Shown: piece by piece, positions 1 to 12,500 of the stretch
Position numbering within the stretch: the stretch's first letter is position 1
Layout: every line of letters begins with the position of its first letter
The notes under the pieces: generated by a model
Database searches by the model: none
The model's input: the letters and a program-made list of their open reading frames with translations, nothing else
What the model was told of the DNA's origin: nothing
Position numbers and translations under genes: made by a program
Source: Chrysomallon squamiferum
Lineage: Eukaryota > Animalia > Mollusca
NCBI GenBank assembly: GCA_012295275.1
Contig: CM022670.1
Coordinates: 23,498,001-23,562,000 of the forward strand
Length of the DNA: 64,000 bases
Reading direction: 5' to 3'

Positions 1-327
1 TTATGTATAATCAGTTTGGTTGCAAAGGAAATGACTTAAGAAAAGCATGCTACTATGATTTATTTATAAAAAGACAATCAATTTCTGTAATAAAATTGTG
101 TTTATTTCTGTTATTAAAATTATTTCCAACAGAAATAAATTCCATAAGTTATGTTGTATCTATATTTCTTATTTATTTATTTATTTATTTTTTTTTTTTT
201 TTTTTTTGTGTTTGTTCTAATTAATTATTAGTAACCATAACAGATGATATGGATCTAACAAGTTCTGAATCTACAGTAGTAATCTATCTTGAGAAGATCT
301 ATGTTTTTTGTATTTTAAAAAAGTTAC

Positions 328-3300
328 TTTGTTGGATCGTATTCTCGTTTTGAGCGATGTCCTGGGTATGTCCTGAACACACCACTTCTCAGTCCAACAT
401 TTGTCCACTTGATCTGTTTTATTGACTCAAAGTCTCTGGTCCTCCAGATCACTTCTATTGGCTGAGTTATCAACACATCAGCTCTGAAACAAACATTTAC
501 TAAAACTTTTACCTCTTAAAAGAAAACCATATATTTAACGTTAAAACCATTATGCTGTTACTAACATTGATAATAACTACGTTTTATACAACATAATACA
601 AATTTAAAACAACTGTTAACTGACAGAAAATTTGCATTTATGGATTAATTCATACTAAACTTGTTATCAGTAATAATAATTTCACTTTCATGAGTAACAG
701 TTACAACTGTATAAGATCAGAGCAGTGTGACATGGTACTGTGTTGTTAGTGTGTTAATAAAAATCAGAACAACAGCAAAACAATTTCTTAAAATAAAACC
801 CATAATAAATTACGTCACAAAATAAGCATCTAACTTAAAAGAAAATATTTTTAGATCAGCACATATTAAGTAAATAGTAAATACAGATCTGTATAAATTA
901 AATTTTAAAATAATTATTATTTTAACGTTAATTTAACGTAGATACTAAATTATTTATCATATAGAAAAACACAATTTACCGAACACCCTTTCTAAATTTC
1001 TGTTTTCCAAATTCACATCCTTCATCTTTCTGGTCACTGTTTATCCAGATGTGAGCATCCAGTGTCTTCTGAGCCAAGTTGTCATCATACATGTACGTGG
1101 TTGGGTCACACCAGGCTTTCGGTGGTAAAAATATTGTAGAGTATTTGTAGCTGATTCGAAGACCTGGGTAGCGACTTTCATTTTCACGAACATCAATTTC
1201 CTCATAAACTCCAGGCAGCTCTTTTCTTAACAAAGTACTGTTGTACTCTTTAAGGAGATTGAAATAACTCTGATGATATTTAGATCTGTCCAAAGGTTCC
1301 TGAGATCTCCGAAATTCCTGAAAACATTTTACAGTATGTAAGACAATATAAATATGCATTTTTATTTCTTAATGAAATAACACACACCAGATCAACTAAA
1401 AAAATATGTATTTTAGAATTACTCCAGTTATTGTTCATTAACAGACTAAATTAAATAGATATGACATTAATCAAAATGTTTCACAAATGGTAATTAAAAT
1501 ATATTTAACATAATAATTTTTGACACACTCTGACAAAGTATCTTAAATGCAAATTTTTTCATAACTTAATTTACAATGTTAATAACGAAAATGAATAAGT
1601 AAAATATTTTTATTTTCTTACCATGTCAGTTTCATATAAACAGTATGCAAATGAGTATTCTGCATCTTCAAGTGCTCCATAAAAATAAGTCTACAAAGAA
1701 AAGTGGCAAACAAAAAAGATATATATATAATTTCAAATATAAATCTTTGGATCAGAGATACAATTCTTAAGTTAGTTTCATATCCTCCTATGTTTAGCCA
1801 TCAACTTTATAAGTATGACCTGACCAATTATGGGTTTATTTTTGTTACTGATTTTAATAAAACAAAAACTGTTACATGACTATCAATTTACCTTTGGTCC
1901 TTTGCTTGTGACAACTTTGATTTGGTTGGTGATACCAGCTCTCATTTCACTTTCAATAAATGAGAACTCTGCAGGATTGCCATGTTTGTCTACTTCCAGC
2001 TGAGAAATAGGGATGAAGATAGGATCCTCCAGCAACTGAAAGTAGGATCATGAAGAAATTTTGAAAATATTTAGCAAAATTAATTATTACAAAAAGTGGC
2101 TATTGTGTCCTTCATCAACTGTCCTGTAGAGATTTGAGAAATATTTAAGCTTTAACCCAATAAATTAATACAGAAATCAGTCACTATTTTTGTCTCATAA
2201 AATTTAACTGTTAAAGACACAGAAATTTATTAGTAGCTTGTTATTGATAATTCTTTGTATATATTTTTCTATGTTGTTTGGATCACAATAATAAAAACTG
2301 TTCTGGGTTTATTAAATTAACAAAGCATAAGAAACTAGATATTTAGAAAATTTGATTATAACAACTAACCCCTTTACTTGGTTTTAATCTTGGGTGGTAG
2401 ATTGTTTCTCCTTGATTGTTGATTAGAAATGAATATACAGATCCCCACATGTGTTTTGTGAGAAAATTCTCAATTTCATCTAAAGTTGCATCAACTCCAA
2501 CAACACCAATATACCTGCAATGAAGCATTTAATACCTTTAAGAAAAACCTTTCTACTTATAAAACATACAGACAAAACAAAACAAAAAATCATTATAAAA
2601 ATCATTTTAAAAAAATCATAACAATACTAATACTACAATTTCCAGTAATAAAGAAATGGATGAGTAAATGGCCTATTACATTTCCTATAAAACTACTATT
2701 GTTTTGTAAATAATTCTCTATGACAACAAAATCTTGACAAACTTACTTTCCTGTTATCCGACTCAGCACAGGTATTGAGTATGTGACCATGAGACCAAGT
2801 CCCCAGGAATCAAGATACGGTGACGTCCACAAGGCTTTGCTACTCTGAGCATTGGAAGAAAGAAAGTCAAAATAGTTGCTCATTTGTGAGATAAGATTCT
2901 CACCAGTCATCAGCTTCTTGAAGCTGCCACGGCCAATGTCACAAGCTGATCGCCCAGGAAACAATTCTGCATCTTCAATTAAAAGATAACTGAAGATACG
3001 AGCCTGAAAACATTAAATAAAATTATGATTTATTAACGTGAAACTGACAATGAACTGACTTCATCGATGTTAAATTATCTGTGCCTGGATTCAAGATCAT
3101 TTATGGAAAAAATTAAAACTTAAATCCAACTTACAGGTGGATCAAGCTTGCTATTTTCTTCTATGTGAACATTCCACACTTTGGTAAAGTTATATTTGCA
3201 AATTGGTCCAGGAACATAGCCACTTCTGGTGTAATATCCTGCAAAACATGTATTATTAATTTGAAAAGCTGTGATGAGACATATTCAGCTGTACAAATTA

Positions 3301-4573
3301 ATATTTTATCAGTGCAGTATACATGAGATGTGTCAAAATTAAATCAACTATTACATATTTCAATACTTAATTTCAGAATAAGTCTATAATTATGCAAAGA
3401 AATTACCATTTTATCTACTTTATTTCTATAAAGACTTTTTTTTTCAAAGATACCTTTTAACTGAAACATACCTGGACCACACCTTACTTCCTCTCCATCA
3501 GTATCAAGTCCATCTGTAGCAAACACAATCAGTGACTGACATCCTGTGCGAGGAACACTTCGAAGAAGTTGCAAAGCCATTTCAAATCCTTTCCTGAATG
3601 AGAATAATAATATAAAAAAAATTACTGTCAAAACATCAAGTAAATTTTCAGTAAAAAAATAATTTAAATATTTTAAGTCCAGAAATGAATGCTTAAAACT
3701 TACTCCAGTTCACTTGTACCTCCAGCTTCCCTCATCATTATCTTTTCAATGAGATCCTTTCTATGAGCAATTGTTGCAGGCACCATTCCATCAGACTGGC
3801 AGCTCATCACCTCTGTGTCGTAGGGATGCCATCTGAGTAACAAATAAAAGAATCATTCAGTGTAAACTAAGAGTCTAAATATATTCTGAATACTTTCAGT
3901 TGATTATTTTTAATGTTTAACTTGATACCAATCTTTGACAATAAAACAGACATTAATTTTTGGAAATATTAAAGTCATAACATCACAGTAGAGACATTTT
4001 TTTTATTAAGTTGGGCATCTCTGATGTTGAATTAGTTTTAAAATTTGTCTTTTCTAATCACCTCTTGATGCCAAATGGCACAGAAATTTTTTAAATACCA
4101 TGTGAAAAAAAATATGTTAATTGTTTGACTGTGGAAATGGTTTTATTGGAGGTGGGGGAAAGAAGTAAAAAAAGAATATGAAAACCAAAACATTTTTAAA
4201 TGCAATTACTGGAAGAGTTACTGTGTACAGATTTTGTATGTTATTAACATCCTGTAAAAATATAAACCAAACTGGAATATATGAAGTACACAGTTGACTT
4301 TGACTTACTTGCCCACTTCATCCCAGTGACTGGCGCGAGCACATATCACATTAACATAGTCCTGTTTTGTCAGTGTATTGATAACAGTCTTTGCAACAGC
4401 CTTCGCAATTTCAAACTTTTCTCCCTTCATGGAAAGACTTGAGGAAAAAAAGATGCATTCAGATATTCAAGTTCAGTATTTTTATATCACCAAACTAAAA
4501 GCAACATATATATTTCTGTCATCCAAACACACACACACACAAACACAAACACACACACACAATCACACACACA

Positions 4574-4604
<31 letters not shown>

Positions 4605-6643
4605 CACACAGATACCTATACATAAAATTAGAGATCTCATCATGTGTTTTCTGTACTCTTAATTATCCCCTGGTCTAATCTTGTTACCATGTCTTGGCCA
4701 TGGTATGGTGCATTATCAGCATTATCCTTTATTTTTGAAATCTCCAATTAAAGACACACACAGACACACACACACACACACACATATATATACATAATAT
4801 AATTCTTCAAATATTGTCAAACAAGGTAAGGTATTAGAATATTTTTATTATTACCTGCAGTCCAAAATGATAATAACATCTTTTGGTCCACTCGTTGCAG
4901 CTATATACCATGGTCTTAGTCGAGGGTCATAATCATTGTAAAATCCTGCAAAATTAATCGACCATTTCCGTCCTGGAAAAAGTCTTGTAATTCCTAATGT
5001 GGTTCCAAAATACTGCCACCTAGAAAATTAGTAAACTAAATAAATATTATTATCTGAATAGCAAATTAATTTTTTTTTCTTAAAGACAAAGTAGCAGACA
5101 TTGTTTCTGTTTCTTTGCAAAAGTTTATGAAAATGAATAAGTGCATGGAAACAATATTAAAAAACATGTAAAATGATACCATCTAATTTAATAATGAAAG
5201 TTGGTTTGGTTGTTTTTTCCAGATTTCAGGATCATATAAAGATATGTGATTTTTACTATTTTATAATTTAAAACTAAATTAACAAAAAAATGTATCTTGT
5301 TTTATTGAAAAATAGATCAGAATATGAAGAAAGGTCATTTTTCACTACTGTTTTAAAATTTTCAGTTTCAGACTCATTATTTACTTGCATATTAAAAAAA
5401 TAATAATTGTAAGTGCTGAACTGTTGATAGTTTGATTAATTTACCTCATTAATGGATCTTCAGCAGCATTCTGGTGAAAGACTTCTTCCAGTTTGGCAGT
5501 GTATACAAAGCTGTTTATAACTGCTTTGTCATCCCTTGGAACTTCATCTGCTATTTTCACTGTCGAATATTTTGAACTGACACTCTGCCGAAAGTATCTG
5601 AAGATGAAAATAATGTCATCACTTTGTATAGCTTTCTAAACAAAATCAAATATCAAGCAGGATTTAATACAAATCTTTATTATAAAAATTTACATGTGAA
5701 CTATTTTTAATGATATCTAACTATATTTAACATGCCAAGCTGTTCTCTCATTTTATCATTATATGAAGACTGTATGTTAAAGTATCATGAAATGTTCATT
5801 CATTCTGCTTTAGAATTACTGTTTTAAACAATAAGTAAATTTTTAAATATATGAATAAGAATGTATCAGTAAAATAAGTACCTTCTATACTACAAGTATG
5901 TATATTCAATGTATATATGTGTGTTTCTCTGTGTATGTGTGTGTGTTTTCATATATATAGTACTTACGGATTAAAATCAAGATCTACAGGCAATAATTTT
6001 GGAATGTCTGAATCTTTATAGACATCTCGACTGAGATCATGAAGTGATGTCACATTTGTGGTAAGATTAGCTGTAATGAAGTCATCATAAAGTTCTTGGG
6101 CCTTTGCTGCAAGTCTCTACAATAGGGAAATAGTAGGTAACATTTTTAAAATACATAATGTTTCAACCTAAATATAAAATATACTTAATGATTTCAGTTC
6201 TTTTATTTATTCAGTGTAAAATATTTAAAATAAAATACATAAATTTATCTTAACCTATATTCTAAAGAAAAAAATTACAAACACAAACTCAGATTTTCAC
6301 AATCACAATTGTTGTATTTATTACAAAACATCAGCATCAGTATTATTTAAATAAAAAAATAGCTATTCTGTGACAAAATTTGCATTATGCATTATAAATA
6401 CAGCAGACAACTGAAGCATTAATAACTGAATTATTTACAAACCAATACAACTAGTACATTTTAACATTTATTTCCAGCTATACCTCTGCAGCTCTTGTTT
6501 TTTTCTTGAAGTAATCACCAAGTGTTTCCTTCACTTGGTTTACAATCTCTGCACCATCTTTCTTTTCAAAAGAGTAAACAGCCTGATCTAGATAACTCTG
6601 AGTGTCATGGCGTCGAATTCCATCATTAGCTAGCTGCAGAAAT

Positions 6644-6681
<38 letters not shown>

Positions 6682-7137
6682 ACTATTTTCTGATATTCAG
6701 TTTCAAAAATAATATACCAGCCCTTTACTTTTATACCAAATAAAAATGCAATTTATAATAAATATAACTAGGGGTTTTTGCCTTACTATGAATGATGATT
6801 ATAGCATTTAAAACAGAAAATGTGTTAAACACACTATTATCTCTGAATGATGTATGCTTAAATTTAAAACAGAAAATATGTTAAAAATAACTATTGATCT
6901 GTAAATGATGTCTGCTTAAAGTTAACTGTTACAAAATTACAGTATAATTTAAATTAATTGATCTACCTGTAATATGTAATTTTGTATAAGCATAGCCCAG
7001 TTCTGAACATCCCCTGACAGAGTTCCAATATCCACTTTCTCTTCTCCGTGTCCAATGGAAACTGTTAGTGAGGGAATGGTCACAAAACACACAGCTGCTG
7101 CAAGACAGCTGCTGACTGCCAGGTGGTTGCTCCCCAT
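328..7137 (-). CDS. VWA- and Cache-domain protein (CACHD1 / voltage-gated Ca channel alpha2delta family), first 15 coding exons; continues beyond the left edge
   Basis: GT-AG exons join in frame: 7137-6967, 6633-6484, 6116-5968, 5597-5445, 5019-4855, 4437-4309, 3832-3704, 3593-3472, 3238-3135, 3003-2747, 2514-2370, 2035-1892, 1690-1622, 1317-980, 483-328. Hydrophobic leader MGSNHLAVSSCLAAAVCFVTIPSL. Family motifs: WQYFGTTLG..FPG, YDPRLRPWY, PKDVIIILDCSLSM (VWA), ATDG, WTSPYLD..GLGL, IGVVGVD, YSFLINNQG..IYHP, and a second module GVFRTYPG...YDPTK. Confidence 0.93.
6789..6926. repeat. Degenerate ~56-bp tandem repeat (~2.5 copies), intronic
   Basis: TGAATGATG...ATTTAAAACAGAAAAT.TGTTAAA...ACTATT repeated. 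Confidence 0.75.
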
Positions 7138-7337
7138 GATTTTGTATTTCACATAGTTTCAAATGTGTTGCTGAATACATTTGACCAGAAAAATAAAAAT
7201 TTAGGCTACAAGTATATAAAATGATAATTTTTACCACATTAATAAATATCAAAGTAAATGATAAACCATTTATAAAAATTAAAATAATAACTGTCTTAAC
7301 TAAATACATCTGTGATTTCAGAACAGTTATCAACACC

Positions 7338-7340
<3 letters not shown>

Positions 7341-7387
<47 letters not shown>
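7341..7387. repeat. (AC)n microsatellite; similar runs at ~4527-4610, ~7477-7555 and ~53228-53270
   Basis: Directly visible. Confidence 0.95.
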
Positions 7388-7390
<3 letters not shown>

Positions 7391-7906
7391 ATTTCTTAAG
7401 GATTTGTTTTAGATCAGCTTAGGCATTTAGAAACAACATCTCAGAAATTTGTCCTGTGGATTTATTTATCGATTTTACACACACGCACACACATGCACAC
7501 ACACACACACAAATACTCACACACACGCATGTACGCACGCACACACACGCATGCACAAACATAAAATATAATACTGTTTATGTTGATTACCGAATTCTGT
7601 ATTAAACAGAATATTTCTTAAAACTGACTGTGTAATTACTTTTCAGTCACAAAACCATCTGGCTTTTATAAACCCAAAATCTGATCACTGGAAGATAAAT
7701 GCATGAACTGAAGTAATCAAACAGTGACAAAATATCCAGTGACAATGTAATCAATATTATATTATAATGATGAGCATAGTTATTTCCATACGATAAATAT
7801 CTGTCAGTATCACAATAATAATTGTGTTTATTTGTATCTAACCTATTTTACAGTTTTACCAAAAATAATTATGCTCACGATTTAATAAATCTTAAAATTA
7901 ACATAC

Positions 7907-8323
7907 CCCCTCATCGATCTTCGTCTTCATCTTGCTCATCTCTTGGTCGATTCCGACTTTTTCCACTGAATCTCAGTTCACATTTCAAGGGTTGTTTTTT
8001 TTGTTTTAGTTCTTTTTCAGATTAACAAAAATCCTCAAGTTATTAATAAATATCTGTTGGCATCTTACTAATAAATATTTTTATTTATTATTATTATTAT
8101 TTTTTTTTTTTTAAAGAAATTATTAGAAGATATCATGCCTTAAACTATACATTTCTAGCTGCTAGTATATTATTGTCAGTATATACCAGATGTACTGACT
8201 ACCGATAACAACCGAAAGAAACCGACAGACTCCGATAATATATTTAACAGGTTTACATCATATAATAAATTTTGAATAGTCTGATTGCAGTTCACAGTTC
8301 ATATAAAGTAATTCTGAGGATTC

Positions 8324-8378
<55 letters not shown>

Positions 8379-8757
8379 GGAACTGTAAAACATTTTAATT
8401 TAATTTTCGGTGTTTTAATAATTTTATATCAAATGTTCCCTGGTCATATTTCCAAAAAAAAAAAAAATTATTTTGTTGATTTATCCAAAGCTGTTGTTAG
8501 AAAACGGTGCGTAAGAAGTTCGGACTGGAAGATGTTCGGTTTAATGATATTTTAGTATTAAAAGACGCGTAAATCCTGAGACCGCAAAATTCGTTTGGTT
8601 TTTGAGGAAATTTGATTGTTTGTTTGTTGCTTGGGGTTTTATTGTTGTTAGTTTTGACTTTCTTTGTGTGTGTGTGTGTGTTTTTTGTTATTACTATTGT
8701 TATTGTTATTTATTAATTTATTTATTTCATTTTCTTATTTATTTATTTACTTCATTC

Positions 8758-8800
<43 letters not shown>

Positions 8801-9090
8801 ATTAGTTTTGAGACGATTATCTGTATATGAAATAGTGTGAAATTCTTGGGGTGGGATACAAATGCACAAAACAAATTTATAATTATACTGATATGTGTAT
8901 TATGAATACTAACGTTATGCAATATATTTTTTCCCCTCCTATGAAGGGCCGAGTTGATTAAGTACACCACTAACTTGGTACTAATATTATTGACACGATA
9001 TCTTGTTCTCCGGTTCGAAGTTGGATCTTGGTTTCCGTCTTCTTATGTTATAATATTTGTTAATTAACTAAACTGGCTATTAAACTAGCC
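7907..9090. promoter_or_regulatory. Head-to-head (bidirectional) promoter region of the CACHD1-like gene and PEX3, including a probable 5' exon of the - strand gene ending at 7907
   Basis: Divergent gene orientation. CpG dinucleotides are frequent here (e.g. 8200-8240, 8500-8600, 8990-9040) and scarce in both gene bodies. Donor GAGGGG|GTATGT at 7907 (-). Confidence 0.65.
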
Positions 9091-9522
9091 ATGTTTAGCA
9101 GAGTTTGGAACTTCATTAAACGTCACCGAAAGAAATTTATATTCACTGGAACAGTGGTTTGTGGTACGTAATAAAATAAGAAATGAATCTGTCAAAATGT
9201 ATCACTATCAGTTTAAGGATACCTAGAATGTATCCGATATGTATCTCATTTTATCATTTTGTTTGGTATTAAAATCATAAAATGGTATTGGTTTCACGAA
9301 ACATGAGTTCTGAAACGACTATCGGTATGTCAATAGGATATGACACCCTGATCAAGAATATGAGGTGCATGATTATCAATAATCATTCTTTCATTAATCC
9401 ATCACTGCATTAGAATAATGCAGTAATTAATTATTTCAATATTTGATATCATCGGATTTATCATTATAAAGCTTGAACATAACACACATGCACACATGCC
9501 AACGTGCATTTCATCAGATTAA

Positions 9523-9553
<31 letters not shown>

Positions 9554-12500
9554 AATCCAAATGACTGTCAGTTATTGCTTTTTATTAGGAGGATGGCTGC
9601 TTTACAAATATTTACAAAAAAGGATAAAAGAAATGCAAGACAAAGATGAAAAAGAATATATTACATTAGCCAGGTAATTATAATTCCTTTTAGCTGAATT
9701 TTATTTTCTTATTTTTAAATATATATAAATATATATATATATATATTTTTTAATTTAGATATGGTTTTATTAGCAGTGGTGTATACTGTTTATTTCAAAA
9801 CTCTTAAAATTTAATCTTGTATTTAAGATTGCAAAAGCATATATGGTGTGTGTGTGTGTATGTACACATGCACCAATAAAGGCAGTCATCTCGTATTTTC
9901 TATGATCAATCAAAAAGTAAATTCAGTTTATTTCAAAGAAATTAATTTAAGCAAAAATGCTTTGACGGTGCCATTTAAAGAAAATGTTATTGTTAGTTGT
10001 GGTTCAGTAAAATTTACATTTTTCTGATATACTTATTTATGAACATGTGTTTTTTTCACAAAGAACGAGATCAGATTAGTGGAATATGAGAATATATTAT
10101 ACAGATGTTTATATGAATATTTTACTGATTCAGCTGTTGAAATGTTGTCAGGTATTATATTGTTATTTAGTAATAAACTTTTTGATAAAAAATACATCAA
10201 TATTTGTTACAAATACCTAATTTGTCTTCCAGTATTTCACGGTATTGTATGTTCTACATTAACCTGATACTAAATGAGAAAATAATTAGACTATCAGTGG
10301 TAACTCAGCTTAATGTCTTCATTACTGAAGTTGATACATTGATAAAACACACTGAAGCTTCTGTTCCAACAATGTGTTGTGACTACAGGTACTAGAGATA
10401 GTAATAGTTCTTAATATAATAGTTATAATTTTATTTTTATGACAGAAAACAGCACCACTTTGACAGTAATCAGAGAACTTGCAACATGACAGGTAATTAA
10501 AACAGTTAACTAAAATATATTCTTATTGGTGAATTTTAGAAGTTCAGAAGTTCATAACAATAATATTAATATTATTTATTTATAATTTAAAATCTACAAA
10601 GATGATCCAGATATTTTCTTTATAAGTTATTTTTATTTTTATTATTATTTATTATTTTATTTTATTTTATTTTATTTTTTTATTTAATTTAATGTTTTGA
10701 TGTTTTATTATTATTATTTTATCTATGTATTTATTTATTATTACTATTATTATTAATCTTTGAATTCATTTTATTTTATATTATTTATTTATCTACTTCA
10801 CAGTTTTATCTATGCTGCCTAATCTCAGGGAAAATGTGGATAGAATCCTAAGTACTGAACACTTTACAGCCTTGCTGAAAACAAAGTATGTCACTTTTTG
10901 TGGTTAATTTTCATATTCACACACATACATTATCAAACTGTAAGTTATTTCTTCTGATTTTAAAAAATGTTTTAACAATGATAAATAATATATTCAACAT
11001 ATTCAATATAATATTTAGGTTTTTTCTTCAGTCTGATTTTATTAACATCTATTATGAATCAAAATGTTTTTTGTTTTTTTGTGTTTTTATTAATCCCAAT
11101 GCTGTTAATATTATTATTTAGTAATTGTTGGTCATTATTTTTGATGTTCAGAAATTTAAAAATCATTTCAGTCCATCAAACAAGCTTCAGCTGTGGGAAG
11201 AACTAAAAATACTAAGTAAAAAAAAAAAAAAAAAAAAAAAAAACTTTTATTTTCTTTGTTATAAAATCATTTCTATTTTCTATTTTTATTTTTATTTTAT
11301 TTTCCTGTATATCTGTCAGTTTATAGAGTATGTGTTATATTATAGAAATCTAGCTTAAATTTTTGAAACTTAAATAAAATGTTTTTCTGCAGGTTTTTCC
11401 CGATCTATCACTGTTGTTTATGGATGCAGTATCATGTCATTATTACTCAGAGTGCAGCTCAACATAATTGGAGGATACATCTATCTAGACAGTCTGCCAG
11501 GTGTATCAAAACCAGTAAGACAGGATATGTCTTTATATATATTATTTTGACTGTCATTCCATGTAATAAAACAGTTATTGCTTTCATATTTAAAATCACA
11601 CTTATCTCTATTTAAAATAAATAGTGCCTGCTATTGTATAACTTCCAAAGTGGAGTGATATGTTTCTACCTCCATTTACTTATTCCATAAAGAGATTTCT
11701 GGTTGTGTACCAAAGATAGACATGGCTAAACCTTAGATGTATAAAGACTCTGGTTGATTGATTCTAAAAAAAAAAATAATAATAAAAATGTTTTAGTAAG
11801 TAAAAGTGTTTTAATTCTACCAGACATTTGATTTATCTCACAGGTGACAAAGGATGGAAAAGCAGTTTTAGCACCACATCATCTTCAGCAGCGATATCTT
11901 TCTCTTATAAAATATTTTCTAAGTCAGGGTAAGCTGTATAGATTTCAGAAATATATATATTTTTTTTTCTTCTTCTTCTTCTTCTTTCTTTCTTTTTTGT
12001 TATTTTGAGCAGTTTAATATATTTGGATGTTACAACTAATAAACTAAATGTATGTTATAAATACCTATATCAGTAATGTAGTTATTTTATTTTAGAACCT
12101 ATAGCATAAATAATTTTTTCAGATTCCAGGTTCCAAGCAACTATTTATTTTTAAGTTAATAAAAATAAAATAAAAAATATAAACTCTATTACAGCAAACT
12201 TGATGTTAATTGAATTTTAACTAAATATAAATAAAATATGGTAATTTTCTCAGCAATATTTTGTGTATGTTAGAATCACATGTTCAATGTGGACAAAATG
12301 AATAAAGCAAGAATAGTATAGGAAAAAGACATCATAAAGATATTTTATAAAATATATTACTTGCATAACCACACAGAAATATTTTTTAAAGTTGAAATGT
12401 TTTATTTTTTAATTATTATATACATTGTAATATGGTATTACTAAATTTCAGGTCTGAAAGATTTAGCACAATATATTCAGCAAGTAGTTTCAAAAGAAAT

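Noticed and set aside
8940-9000. Possible Nin/Deu-SINE fragment before PEX3
   Set aside because: Match too short and degenerate to support.
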